64,000 bases of DNA, from NCBI GenBank assembly GCA_965287045.1, contig OZ336886.1, forward strand, positions 25,668,001-25,732,000, in the 5' to 3' direction. The notes beneath the pieces were generated by a model. It had not been told where the DNA came from. It saw nothing but the letters and a program-made list of their open reading frames with translations, and did no database searches. Below, piece after piece: positions 49,207 through 62,519 of this stretch. Position 1 is the stretch's first letter. Each line of letters starts with the position of its first letter. This DNA is from Carcharhinus amblyrhynchos (Eukaryota). A program made the translations under genes and the position numbers.

Positions 49207-51529
49207 GTAAGATCACAAAAAATTGTTTTATGAAAAGGTATACACGTATATACTAGTTTAAAAATGAATGTCCAAATAACAGAAGTCAGGAATAGAACTG
49301 TTACATGACTATCTAGAAAGTGGGAGATAAGAATAAATGTCAAAATTATTAATGAAATACATACTGCATAAAACAGATGATTCAATTTTAATATATTGAT
49401 CAGTAAAATTCAATGTGGATTCTCCAAATTTCTAAACACCAAGTCTAACAGGACTAAATAAGTTAAACAGCACTTATACGTTTTAGATCAATAGGCAAAG
49501 TGCAATACACAACCAATAGTTCTACTGCCAGTTGCACTTCGCTGCAGGTTACAATGAGGTCATTGAAGAAATAACCTCTTCTTATCCCTGTTAAATAAAT
49601 GTACAAAGTTCTGCTCATGTGACACTCCATTCCAATGTCCCCCAGGAAGTTCTGGACCAGCTGGAGTATTTTCACTGTGGTGATGCCTCTGGTCAGAGTT
49701 ATACTACAGCCAGTGAGAACTGTAAGTGGTATAAGATGATTTCCTGAAGGATTATCATATTTCACAACTAAAGAGTGAGATTGTGATATGAGGAAAGTAT
49801 ACTGAGTATGTTAGTTATGTTCCACCACACTGTTCCTAAATTAAGGAAAATCTGTTATACTACGTTTGCAAAAACAATTACAATCCTTGTTTGATGTAGG
49901 TGGCACTTCATCTCTATTCAATCAAGCAGCATCAACATGAAGCACATAAGTCATATACACATGGCTGAATGAAGTTCCACTGGGAGGAGTTGATAACAAA
50001 CTCCTTTTTAATTTAGTTCAATCTGTAAAGACTCTTTTAAATGCCTTTAAAAAATCCTTACAAAACTGTTTTGTGAATTAAATCTGAAGTTCTCAGATTA
50101 TAAGTAATTGTGTTATTTTTGATTTTAAAAAGTAATCAGATTTGCAACCCAAACTAAGAAAAATTAAAATTCCACAAATTAGAAGGCGAGGACCAAAATG
50201 GGAAAATAAATAAAACAAGTCTATTAAAACTTAGGCAAGCTAGAAAAAGAAACACAACTGAGACCATTTTAACAATGTCCAAACCAGCAATTTTGAAAAA
50301 AATACATCAGGATATATTTTAAGAGTCATGTAGGATTTTAATAGACTAGTCAAGGAAGAGGGATATTTGATAGAAGTGAATTATAAAGGAAAAAATAAAA
50401 CAGAAGGTAAATTTGACGTACATTTGGAAGCACTTATATTATCTTTTCAAAACTAATCCAATTTATTCTTTATTAATATTTGATTATATGAGGCAGTAGG
50501 TAAGAAATCACTGTTGCTGTTATTAGGGGACAAGCAATTAGTGCAATCATATAACATTCTTTCTTCCAGTATTTTAATCCTTTAATATAGTAATTTCTAG
50601 TCTTTTATGTATTCAATCCAAGACATCATGATCGATTATTCAACAAAGAGCCATAGTCACCTTGGTGTGAACAGTAACCTTGACAAATGTTTCCAAACAA
50701 TCAACATTTTTCAGCTTTCAGCTTTTAAGTTACCAATAATTGATTTAGGAAATAGTTGAAATTAAGCTTTCAAACAATTCAAGTAACTAAATGAAAATAA
50801 TGTTTTTGCATTATGCAAAAAGCAGATTTTATTAAAATATATTTAATTTATTGTAAAGGATTAGACCTATGTTGATGTGAATATCGTCCAACTAAAAAAC
50901 AATGATGGCTTTATGTGCTTAGCTGCTGTATAAATGGCTTTTCTAATCAATTAATGTATTACATTCATGGAAGTCCTCAATACCATAATGCCTATTTGCT
51001 CCCTTTAAGAGTTTTATTTATTAAATTACTATCAGCCTTTATATGTGGTCTTTGTTTTCAATTGCATGATTGGAAATAATTGCCCTAGTATTAGTTTGAA
51101 GGCAGGGAGGGAGTAGGGTAGATGCTATTTTGTGGTTAGGATGCACAGAAGACCAGAGGAATAGGAGAGAGGTCAAAGACTGCAGCCAGGGAATGTAAAG
51201 GAGGGAAAAAGCGAGAGATTGGAAAGAAAAAAGGATGGTGGGAAATTGCAAATGGAGGGGATGGGGAAAAGGAGCAACATTACCACTGAGCTGCATGGGT
51301 GCATTGCCACACAGCCTCATTATAATATTAAAAGGAATGCGCCACCTCCTGGGAGCAGATTAGTTGTCTGCCTTCATCCTGCCTCCATTAAAAGTGGAAG
51401 TCAGTGAGCTTGAAATAGACTTAAGACTTAAACATCCCACATGGCTCAAATTCAGCCTTTTTTGAGGTTGAATGATCTTCAATAGTTCATAAATTGCAGC
51501 AAACTTTTTCTTCTTCATTTAGAAATATG

Positions 51530-51900
51530 GGTGTTATGGCTACCATTTATTGTCCATGTTTGGTTGCCCTGAGAAGTGATGGTGGGCCTCTTCTTGAATC
51601 ATTTTAGTCAATATGGTGAAGATGCAGTCACAATGTTATAGCAACTTGATACATCAGAGTGGCTTTCAATAATGCAAGAAAGTAAGAGTCAACATACAGC
51701 GTGGGCTAGGAGCCACATCCGTGTGCTTGATTCGGTAAGGGAGTCAAGTGTTTTTCCATAAGGGATATTCATGCATCAGTTGGGTTTTACTGGCAATCTG
51801 ACAACTTTGTGGATACTTTTTACTGATACTAGCATTTAAACTCAATTAAAAACTGAAAACATCCATGGTGAAATTTGAAATCTCACTAATATAGTATAGC
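51530..51900 (-). mobile_element. Degenerate tRNA-derived SINE
   Basis: Reverse similarity to the SINE family at 23945-24285. Confidence 0.5.
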
Positions 51901-52059
51901 TATATAAATAAGATTGAATGTGAACAATTGTTCAAGATATCCCAAAGATATTAAGACTGATTGTGCACACTCTCATTACTTTAAAGATTAAAAAAAAAAC
52001 CTTCTGCATGTGATCCTGCTTTGCATAATAAACAGAATATGGCCTTTAAAAGTGCCAAA

Positions 52060-52920
52060 AAAGTGCGAAAATGGGAGTTTCAGATCCGCATTTTCAGTGA
52101 GGCCACAAATGAAATTTTACGTCACTTTGTGCAAAAAATGATGCACAATCTATTTCCCACCAGTAGGAGAGGGGGCAAGGCTAAGGGCTGACCCCAACCC
52201 CCCTCTACAATCACTAGCCTCTTCACTCCTTTGGATATCCCCTCTCCCTCCCAGTCCAGTTGATCCACCCCATCAGCATGGCTGGCTCCACCTGGCCCAG
52301 TCAATCAGCCCCACAGACAGTTGCAGAGTGAGCAGCTCACCTCACCCCACCCCCCTCTCCCCTTGTGTTCCCTGATCACATTCCTACCCTTTTCCCTTAG
52401 GCCCACCCATCAGGTCCTGCCTCCTTGACACTCCACAGTGCCAGTGTCAGGCTGGCAGAACCAGGATGCCCAGTGGGCAGTACCAGTGCCAGGCTGACAC
52501 TGCCCATGGGGCACTGCCTATTCCTGCCCCCAATGTCCCTGAGGGCCTCCATGACCTCCAGTCCTACCTGCAAGGCTATCGTATCAAGTCCCAGTTGATG
52601 GGGACCATACACGATTCTCGCTGGTGAGGACCTTCACCCGCGAGGCCAGTGAGAACATTCACTGGTGAGGCCGCTAAGACAAGCAAGCTGTACGATAGCA
52701 TTCCAGAATCACTGATAACATCTGAATCAGCATTAACATTGCTATAAATACTGAGATCAGCCTTGCACCCAGCTAGGGCGTGAGGCTGATATTGCCAGAA
52801 ATCTCAGCCCAGTATGATCACCAGAGGCGAGAAACTGGGCATGAACCCAATTTTTCACCTCTCGTGCGATCTTACCATTTGCCCACCCATTCACCAGTGG
52901 GATGAGGAGGTCTGATTGCC
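52060..52920. mobile_element. Non-autonomous GC-rich DNA element related to 24983-26600
   Basis: Shared ggcagtacc/gccagg/gcccatg motifs and C-rich body. Confidence 0.45.
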
Positions 52921-53664
52921 TCCCTATTTGTTCTTTTGGAGTGGTGAAGATAAAGAAGAAAATGTTAAATTAGATCCACAAATATGTATGCCAAGGTCTG
53001 AAAATAAGTGGATCATCTAATTAGGCATGCAACTGCTCAATAGCATCATGTGCAACTTAGAACATAAAAATTGTGAATCAGACTGCAATTTCAGGCAGCA
53101 CCAAAAGCAAGTTAAAGCCCTAGATTTTCGCAATGGTGGAGAGATTCTCCATCATTGCAAAAATGGCGGGTGAGCTTAAAATCCAGAAGTTCCAACCCTG
53201 AACCCAGCACCTACCATTTTCATGGAGGTGGAAATGGGCCTGGGTCAGGGTGTGCACTTACAATTTCACAGAGGCAACTGCCCACTTAAATCAGCAACTG
53301 CTTCCATTATTTGTGATTTTGGGGAGCCAAGTATGTGAAACATGACAAGCACAGGTTTGACCTAGTTGGAGTAGGACTGAATTTTGGAGAGTTACTTGGG
53401 TAGGTGGCTATTCTTTTACAGAAGGAGGACACCGCTTTGGAGATGGTCATGGGCAAACTTTGGAGGAGGTCAGATACCCCTAGGGATTGAAGTAGGAATG
53501 AATGTGTGTAAAAAAAGATGAACTTCTTTACTGTCAAGCTCAATGTCAAAATGAACTGTCCAAGGCAACAAACAAACTGGTAAGCATTTAAAACTCCTGC
53601 ACCATAAATCTTCGAAAAAACTGTCTGAAGTACCTTTTAAAAAAGCTTGCTATTTCGCTTTGTC

Positions 53665-53905
53665 TGATTTGATTTAATTTATTATTGTCAGATGTATTGG
53701 TATACAGTGAAAAGTATTGTCTCTTGCGTACTGTACAGACAAAGCATACCATTCACAGAGAAGGGAAGGAGAGAGTGCAGAAGGTACTGTTAAAGTCATA
53801 GCTAGGGTGCAAAGAAAGATCAACTAATGTGAGGTAGGTCCATTCAAAAGTCTGATGGCAGCAGGGAAGAAGCTGTTCTTGAGTCGGTTAATACATGTCC
53901 TCAGA
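53665..53905 (-). mobile_element. LINE 3' end (Rex/Babar- or L2-like)
   Basis: gtccattcaaaagtctgatggcagcagggaagaagctgttcttgag plus a short (TTTGA)n-like tail. Confidence 0.55.
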
Positions 53906-55984
53906 AACATATGCCTGAAGGCTTATATTACCAGATTAATGCTGCAGACTTATAACACAACCTTTCATTTTCATAGTACGTTGCCTTCCATTTCACAGCT
54001 TTATTGATAGCTCCAAGTGACTATAAACCTATGAAGTGGGACTATAAATTCCAACGTTTGTTTCTAAGTGGGGATTAAGCACTTGAATGAAATACTTGCT
54101 TTTATAAGGATGTTGGAATATAAATATACTGAAATGGGTATGCATTATTAAGACTATTATTACTAAATAGTGAATTCATCAATGAATATAACTTTATTTA
54201 TTTAATCTCGACATGGTTTCTGAGTATGCCCTTGACAGATGCTGGGTGAGTTGGCATGGGTGAGTATAAAAGAATAAAGTTGATTGTCAGGCATTTGTTC
54301 ACATAAAGTTAGTACTAATTTGGCACAGGGGCTCTAAAAGGCCATAGGGTAGACAGAGAGGGAATTTGTGTTGGTATGGAGGGTATGAGGGTCCATGAGG
54401 GTGGGTGGGGCATGGGATGGCATGAATGGGCTTTGGAAGTGTGGTGGGAGGCTTTGCAGCAGTGTGAACTGGAGGGCTATTTTATGTTTTATTTAAACCG
54501 TCAACACAGCGCCAGGGCACAGGGAGGCCTTCCAACCAGCCAGCCTTTTCACTTTTGCAAAATGGTGTGACTCTCAAAGAACCCTGCCACTCTAGAACAA
54601 CTTTTATCCCAGGTCAAACTTGTGGAGCCGAGAAATGTTCCAACCTGCGCTCCCTACCCAAGAGCTAAAATCCAGGCCAAAATAATACTGTTTGCATGCA
54701 AAACAATACTGAAAAAGGGCTGCTTTCTTGCAGTCACATATAATTTGCAGCCTTATAATTTATACAAGGAATCTCACAGACTTTAATTTACAATATAGAA
54801 CACTTTATAGTAAACCTTCTGGCTTTTGCACTAACGTACTCAACTGCTTCTAGACAAACAATACTCTTGGTCTCTTCGAACTAGCAACCAATATTGGCAC
54901 TACAACAAGGAATCAGGATGTCATTATATTGAGAACTATTTTTGCTACAATAACATTATAGGGAATACAAATGTTTCTTTCAAAATACACATTACAGTTA
55001 TCTTTTGCTGTTAGCAATTTTCAACATTTCTAAAATCTTTAAGTTTCATTGCTGCCTGAGGGACAATACAAATTGCAAATGCAATATTGCTTCTGATATT
55101 ACTATTTCTTTGGGGAAATTGTTTTCAATTTCCAACAATAGAAATTCCTGTGCTGTGGAGAATAGAAACTAACTTAAGAACCCTGACATGTAGAATTACT
55201 TTTGCACCCCTGCTTTTTACTTGGAAAAACAATTGAATTTTTCCTTATCCTTTAATTTAGAATCCTTTACCAGAACAAAAAGCACGCTGCTTGTTTTTCA
55301 CTTGAAAGCACATAATAGCTCAAAACAAAATAGAGTTACAGCCAAAATCTTGCTTTGTCAAAAAAGACTGCTTACTTCTAGTTTTTTTTTAATTAGGTTT
55401 TTCCTAACTATTCATACCTGGATAGAGCTGGGCAATGGAACTGACTGGACTGCCCTACCGAGAGCCAACATGGACCCGATGGGCTGAATGCCCTCCTTCT
55501 GTGCTGCAATGACTTTGGCCAGTAACTTCCTGGCTCCCCAGTGTCAGATTTGGGGGGGTATCCCAAAGATGCACTGAGGAATCCCTCTTGGAAGTTCACA
55601 GGTAAGGCTTTATGCGGCATTTGGTCAGAGGCTTTAACATCACCTGGACAATTGCACTGCACTGGGAATTTTTACACCAGTTTTACACCAAAGTTACTCT
55701 GAAAGAATTAGAAAAAATAAAAACAATTCTAATTTCAGCGTAACTATCTGAAACACCCAGACCAAGACCTACATGGAATATGCCCCTACAGTCCGAATCC
55801 CCCAACCCCTCGCTCTTCAATCCCCAGAGTATTCCCAATGCATCTCCCTCCCACCTGAGGGATTCCCCTAACCCCCTGACCCCAGCTGCATCTTGTAATA
55901 TTCAACTTGTAATATCCCTCCCTCTGATCTGCCCTGCCCCCCAATGCCCTCTCCCCTTCCCAGGTCAGTCAAATTCCATTCAGA

Positions 55985-56315
55985 GAAGGCAGTGTGTCAT
56001 TACTGGACTAGTAATCCAAAGTAATCCAGAGATCCAGAGCAAGATCTGGGCATCTGGGTTCAAATCCCACCACAGCAGATGGTGAAATTTGAATTCAATA
56101 AAAATCTGGAATTATAAGTTTAATAGTGACCATGAAACCATTGTCAATTTTCTAAAAACCCATTTGGTTCTGCTATCCTTACCTGGTTTAGTCTACGAGT
56201 AACTTCAGATCCACAACAATGTGATTGACTCACAAATGCCCTCTGAAATTGAGGGCAGTTCTAGACAGTTAGTAAATGCTGGCTCAGCCAGTGACATCCT
56301 GTGAAATGAATTAAA
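55985..56315 (+). mobile_element. tRNA-derived SINE
   Basis: Same family as 23945-24285 and 37050-37350. Confidence 0.8.
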
Positions 56316-57829
56316 ATACTTACCTGAACACGCGCCTTCTCCCTGGCTGCTCAATTTCACTGGGCCCTTTAAACCAATCTGCTTTCCGGTAGCCAGTGTC
56401 ATAGAAAAAGAGACCTGGCCTCCTTGTGCTCGGTGGAGTTGCATCACACTGTGGCTTGCAGAAACACTTCCCCTGCAGGCTTCAAGCAGCTCTATTCAGC
56501 AGTGGTTTAAATAAAGTTTACCAGAGCAGGTCAGTGCACTTTGAACTCCTTTATTCCAGCAGGCCAGGACCTTGTGCTGTTAGGTGGAAGTAACGGTCCT
56601 CTATGACTCACGGCTTTAGGTAGCATACAGATTAAATGATATATAAAAATTGATTTTTTAATGACTATCCCTCCATGTAGAGCACTGGGATCAATCAAAT
56701 AAACCAAATCAGATCCCTTTATCCCTCCTTTATCTCTCTTATTCTGGGGGTCACAAGTCTTCTTCAACAGTCCTGCTGACACAGAGGTGGGAGATGCAAC
56801 AAAAATACCCAGACCATATCAATCAAATATTCATGGTTAAAGAGGGAATAAGAATGTAATTGTTATATTTAAAAGTTGAATTAATAAACACAATATACAA
56901 AGAATGACAGAAAAGAGAACAAAAATAAAAGAAAATGCTACATCAGGGCTATTATATGTTTAATATTGAAAATGGTCAATTCGCACAGAAGCAAGATGTT
57001 CAGATTACAACCTGTTGAACCTACTAAATTGAGAAGATAGCTGCAAAAGATCTGAATTTATAGTAAGGTGGAAGCTAAATGAATAGTAGCTATCTTGAAA
57101 TTGAAAAAAATCTGAGCTCCTTAGACTTGTTGGAAGTGAGGATAGCTTTTCCCCTCATCCTTTTCATAGTCTTAATATCCTTGCCTTATTTAAAAGCAGT
57201 AAAATGGTTACCCAAAATCTGGTACAACTGGCATCAATTCAGATGATATTCCCAACGGTTGTACCTTATTTCAGACACAATATGGTGATCTCATAACTAC
57301 TTAACTCCCAAAAATATTTTTTGATGGGACAACGAAGAACCAGGCATATCATCAATACTTTTGTGGTAAGGAAAAATTCAATAACTTGGAAAAACTATCT
57401 GATCAGGCAACAAAGCTCTGAACTGAGAATGATTGCTTTTTGTGATCAAGCTTCATCTGGTAAGATTAGTGGAAAGGCTAAAACTACAGCAATTGCTCAC
57501 TGGAGATAGAATTTGAAAATTCTGAGGGCATGTCATCTGAGGAAAGCATTGGGTTTTGGAGCAATTCCAAAATACAATCTGAAATAAAAGTGGAAGAGCT
57601 TCTCTTTCAAACCACATACAACAAAATGGCCAACAATGAAAGGAAATCATAACTGCTTCTCCATATTGCTAATAAAATATAGTGGTTCTAATTGTTAAAT
57701 ATAGACTTAACATATCTGTCATCCAAGCAGCCTAAGCAAATGCATCAGATATACCATCAGTGTAATCAAAAATCTTTATTGTAATTATATGTCAGATACT
57801 AGGCAAATGATGAGTCAAAAAAATCAGCT

Positions 57830-58065
57830 GGAATCCCTGTAAACCCTGTGCATTTATGATGGATAATTCCACCTATCCTACACATCTTTGGACATTAAGG
57901 GGCAATTTAGAGTGGCAATCCACTGAACATACACATCTTTGGATTGTAGGAGGAAACCCACGCAGACATGGAGAGAACGTGCAAATTCCACAGTCACCCA
58001 AGGCCGGTATTAAACTTGGGTCGCTAGCATTCTGAGGCAGCAGTGCTAACCGTTATGCAACGTTG
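57830..58065 (-). mobile_element. V-SINE (HE1-like), internally deleted
   Basis: Reverse similarity to 35545-35855. Confidence 0.8.
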
Positions 58066-58642
58066 CACACTTTCTCTGTTATTCTTAAATAAGTATACCC
58101 TTTCTGCATTTTATTTACGAACGACTGATACTTTTTCTATAACCTTAATGGACAAGTGCAACAACCATGCACCTATAGATTCATTTTGGTGAAAGGCTGC
58201 AGAGCACTGGAGAGGTATGTCATACATTGGTGGAGTGGACATCAATATTAATGTTTAAAAATGTTATGATGATTATACTGACATGCAATACACTGAGTGT
58301 CAAAGGAAATTCTGCCTGAAATTGTTTTAACGTTAACATGTTTTCCACATTAATGGCATGAAAAACAAATTAAATGTTAGTGTTGAAAAACAAATGTCAA
58401 GGTTATTTTTCTATCCTGAAAATGGAAAGAGACATTATTTATCAATCAATTTAAATATTTAAGTTAAAATGAAACTTTTAAAAGTAACACTCACATTAAA
58501 TGTTGGTAATTTAGTAAATCAATGCTAACTGGAAAACAAAAACTAAAATATGTAAAAAAATTCCCCAAGTTACTTTTCAACTATTCCCTCAAAACTAATT
58601 AAATTTACTTTTGCAATATAATGTGCATTTTTATCTTTACAG

Positions 58643-58714
58643 GCTCTCCTATCGAACAGGACAGGATACTGCAAATTGTGACACCTGCCGAAACAGTGCG
58701 TGCATTATTTATAG
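58643..58714 (+). CDS. INSYN2A: INSYN2A internal coding exon (72 bp)
   Basis: tttttatctttacAG|G CTC TCC...TAT AG|GTAAGG encodes (G)LSYRTGQDTANCDTCRNSACIIY(S), phase 2/2, continuing the upstream exon as in human INSYN2A. Confidence 0.96.
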
Positions 58715-59439
58715 GTAAGGTACTGAACAAAATAAAAACAAGATCATTTTTGATAACCTACCATCTCCTTAGAAATTCAAATTTCTTGTTCTGTCTCAAA
58801 AAAGTATATTTTTAAATATTACTTAATGGTAACAAAGACCTTCCTTCAGTTAATTATTTTTTGTTCTTTGAATGTATTTAAGTCTCTAAAAACAATGCCT
58901 TCTCAATCAATGCAAGAAAGCCCAAGACACCATCCTTTGGAATACTAGCAATGGTAACTGCCACACAAGTTCTTTGAATCAAAACTACATTTGTAGGTTT
59001 TTAAAATTCTTTCATGGAATGTGGGCATCACTGGAAAGAGCAGAATTTGTTGCGCTCAAGTAATCATCACATTAACTTTGAAGGAAAAGAGTTACTTCAA
59101 TGGGGGAGATCTGCAAAATCAAGCCACAGGAGAAAAATTAATACCCTGGCAAATACCTCCATTTTAGGTAGATATTGTATTCTTTGGCAGTAATGGTAAC
59201 GAGGTTCAACGAAGCAACAAGAATGCTGAAATGTCGCAGAAACAATGATACAAATCCAAACTCACACTAAATCAGAAAGAAAATGAGGGCTAAACTGGGC
59301 AGGTGGTCCAAGTGTGGAAAATGAACTTTTTAAAACAATGTAGGTAAGTTCATCCATAGTAAGCAATCTTAACGTCAATCTGCAATTGTTCAACCTCCCA
59401 AAGAAACAAGTTCCACATGCCATAGGCTGTGACTGGATG

Positions 59440-59597
59440 TGATCTAATCTAAGGATCATCATACCTCAGGTGAGAGGCAAGGTTGAGAAGGCGGGTCTTC
59501 ACGAATAGCCTCAGCCAGTAAGAGAATTGAACCCACACTGCTGACGGCACATTGCATCACTAACCAGCTGTCCAGTGAGCTGAGCTAAACTGACCCC
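59440..59597 (-). mobile_element. tRNA-derived SINE head
   Basis: Minus strand ggggtcagtttagctcagctc...gggttcaattctc with A and B boxes. Confidence 0.65.
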
Positions 59598-59609
59598 CAA
59601 ATATTGATT

Positions 59610-59691
59610 CCCAGTGAGCAGGGTTTGAACCTGCATGGGGAGACTTCATTGGATTTCAAGTCTAACATTTTAACCACTCGACCATCAATGT
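59610..59691 (-). pseudogene. tRNA-Ser(UGA) pseudogene
   Basis: Minus strand ACATTGATGGTCGAGTGGTTAAAATGTTAGACTTGAAATCCAATGAAGTCTCCCCATGCAGGTTCAAACCCTGCTCACTGGG is colinear over 82 nt with vertebrate tRNA-Ser-TGA, but the acceptor, D and variable stems are disrupted. Confidence 0.88.
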
Positions 59692-62519
59692 TGAAGAAAT
59701 AGGGCATAATTGTAAGGTTTGGGAATAAATTCAAAGAAAAGCTATTACTAGGGTTTTCAGTGCCCATATCTTCAGCTTACAACATCACTGCACTGATGTA
59801 GCTGGGTCAAATCATGTTGATTGTGCCTGCTTGATGCTTTGTACACAGGGCACGACTCACCCAAATCAACTCTAAGTGACCTTCAGAACAGTTCCAAGAT
59901 TACAAAATGTTATGCAGTGGGATAAGGATGAGACAAGAGGGAGCAGCTGCAGGACAGGGACAGAGAGCATAAGCCTTAATAGAATGTTCACTGTATGCTT
60001 CAACAATGAGGTTTTTGATGTTGGCTGTCTGCTGGTACATCTTTCAGCTGCAACTGGGGCATCTGATCTTCATGTCCACCAGCCTCGGTGATTCTCCTTG
60101 CTCATCTGTTGTGGAACTGTCAGTGAAGGGAGTTTCATGAGGTGTGCCAACAGCTTACATTCATTTGTACTTACAAGGGGGAGGAGGTCTTGGTCGATTA
60201 ATATATCCTGCGAGTGACAGGAGTTGAAAGAGGGCTGCCACCTGCTGGGGATTGTTAAATAAAACCAGGGTTAGGCTAGATTTAGAGTGGATTGCTGATT
60301 CAGGTATGCATGGGTCCAGATAACCAAGTTGCATGAAGTTGGCATTGAACATGAGACCTCACAGCTGTTACAGGACATAAATAGGAAAGAACACCTCTAT
60401 CAGTTAAATGCCTGTCTAAGAGTAAACACACCATGAAGCTGGACAGCCAAGGCACCCCCATCCTGGGTAAGGGGAGCCCCCTGATTTCCCCTCCTTCCCT
60501 TCAACACAAACCCACTACTCCTAGTTGTCATGCATTATCTCCCCATGTAACACAGAAGACTTTAAAGCAGGCCACTTGCCACCTTGCTCCCCCTGAATCC
60601 CATTGTGCCAGGGCCCAGCTTTTCAGGAGCATCACCAAATTACAACTGTGTGACTTCTGGCTGGGGAGTTAGGTGCTGAATCGGCTTCCAGCCCACTAAT
60701 GGAATGTAAATCATAGACTTGAATAATTATCAGGTTTCCGCCAGGTTGGGGCGGGAAGCTGATTGGGGTCAGGAGGCAGGCCGAGTAATTTTGCCACTCA
60801 GCAGGAATGCCCAATTCAGCAGGAAGTTGGGTGTCCGCCAGCAGCAAGCAGGATCACAACCTTTAGAGGAATCCTGTGCATTTGGAAAGGTAGCAACACA
60901 ACATTTAGAAATTCCACAATTAAGTGTACAAGTTGGTCTGGATTCCAATAAAGTGATTATGCTTGAAATGCATGTATACTAATGTATAATAATTACTTTT
61001 GAAAAGATATGAGGTGACTGATAAAGCTCCTTTCCTTACATCTGGTAGCCTCTCTTGCTCTGAAAGATAGTCAAAGTGCCAGTGGTCAGAATCCTTCAAC
61101 CCCGCCTGAGGCTGGGATTCTCTGTGAATGGAGTTTTGGCTGAGTTTCAAATTATGTATTCTTGCAGACAGCAGTGGCGGAGTGAAAGAGATCAGAAAAT
61201 CCCTGCCTTTATCAGTTGATTGTGGAATTTCATCAGTTCTAAGTGGTAGGCCCAATTCATATGGCTGCACTTTGGCCCTGATAAGAATACCCAGCATTTC
61301 AGCACTTCAGATGTGTGCAATAGGTACGGATATCTCTTCTCCCACACAAAAATCAAAGCATTTGAAAGTCAAAGACCTCCCACCAAAAGCCTTTCAAAAT
61401 ATCTGAGGGTGCAAGAGATGTGTTCTGCCAAAATTAATTTAGCACTTCATGAATTAAATCAATGTCATTATCTTTCTGTTTTTTCTACCTGTGGAATTAT
61501 TTAAAATGTAAATAAGATTTGTCATTGCTCTATGTAACAACCTGGCAGTATAGTTTTACTGCATTTTGGATTAAAAAGGAAAATAATATGGCCACATCGT
61601 GTTCATCATATTGCTGCTGATCTTTTTAAAAAGAGGCATTGCTATTCCTTTAGCATGCCTGTCCTATAGATAACACATTTGTGTGCAGGCTTTGATCCAT
61701 AAAACACCCGGAAAAAATTTCTTCACATTGTGCCTAAGGTTGGTTCACTCCAGATTTAACATTGGTTCACCAGGATAAGCAGCTCCATGGCTATGGCTCT
61801 CATGGGCTTTTCCAATAGTATTTATGGAGTGTGGTATGTGAATCATACAGGTAGTGGCCCAGTTCCACATGAGAATCAAGATATTTCTGAGTGGTCTACT
61901 CGAACAAATTTCTCCTCCTCAGTCTTTTTATTAAAACTATGGGCTGAGTTTAATCAGCATGGCCAAACTGCCCTCAGCAGCCAGAATGACATGGGAAACC
62001 ATTTAAGCCTTTGAGAGGCCCCCAGGCAATCTAACAACTAATTAGTTGTCACTGGGACTTCCATCTCTTTAAAAGACGGGAATCTATCTCCAACAACTGC
62101 CAACCAATCAGAAGGCAGGCAGCTCTTCAGTCTCATCAACACCCATGGCTCAGCCTGCACCCAATGGAAAAGAAGTTATCCTCACCAATGAAAACAGTGG
62201 CCAAGGCTGGAAGTGCACTCAGTGGAGAGGATATTGTTCTTATAAACATGAGAGTGAAATCTTGAATTGCCGAGGTCTGTCAGGCAGGTCTGGGAAGGAG
62301 ATGGGAATGGGTGTTTGGTGGAGTCAGATAGCATGTAGACGCAAGGGTAGCCAATGCCAGATGAACAGAGTGTGTCTGATTAAGAAGGCAGTTCTTTATT
62401 AAGCCCACAAAGAGGCTGCTAAGACTCACCAGGTTGTCTCCCCACAAAGCAGAAAGCCCACGACTATTGATAAAATGCTAGAGGTGCTGAAAAGAAACCT
62501 GTAATTGGCCACATAAGAA

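Noticed and set aside
48041-49210. Single-exon 389-aa protein
   Set aside because: The stop lies within the GTAAGA donor and the conserved next exon is at 58643.
49548-49721. Possible INSYN2A cassette exon (acceptors at 49547 or 49645, donor GTAAGT at 49722)
   Set aside because: The longer form has an immediate in-frame stop and the shorter shifts the frame; there is no homology support.
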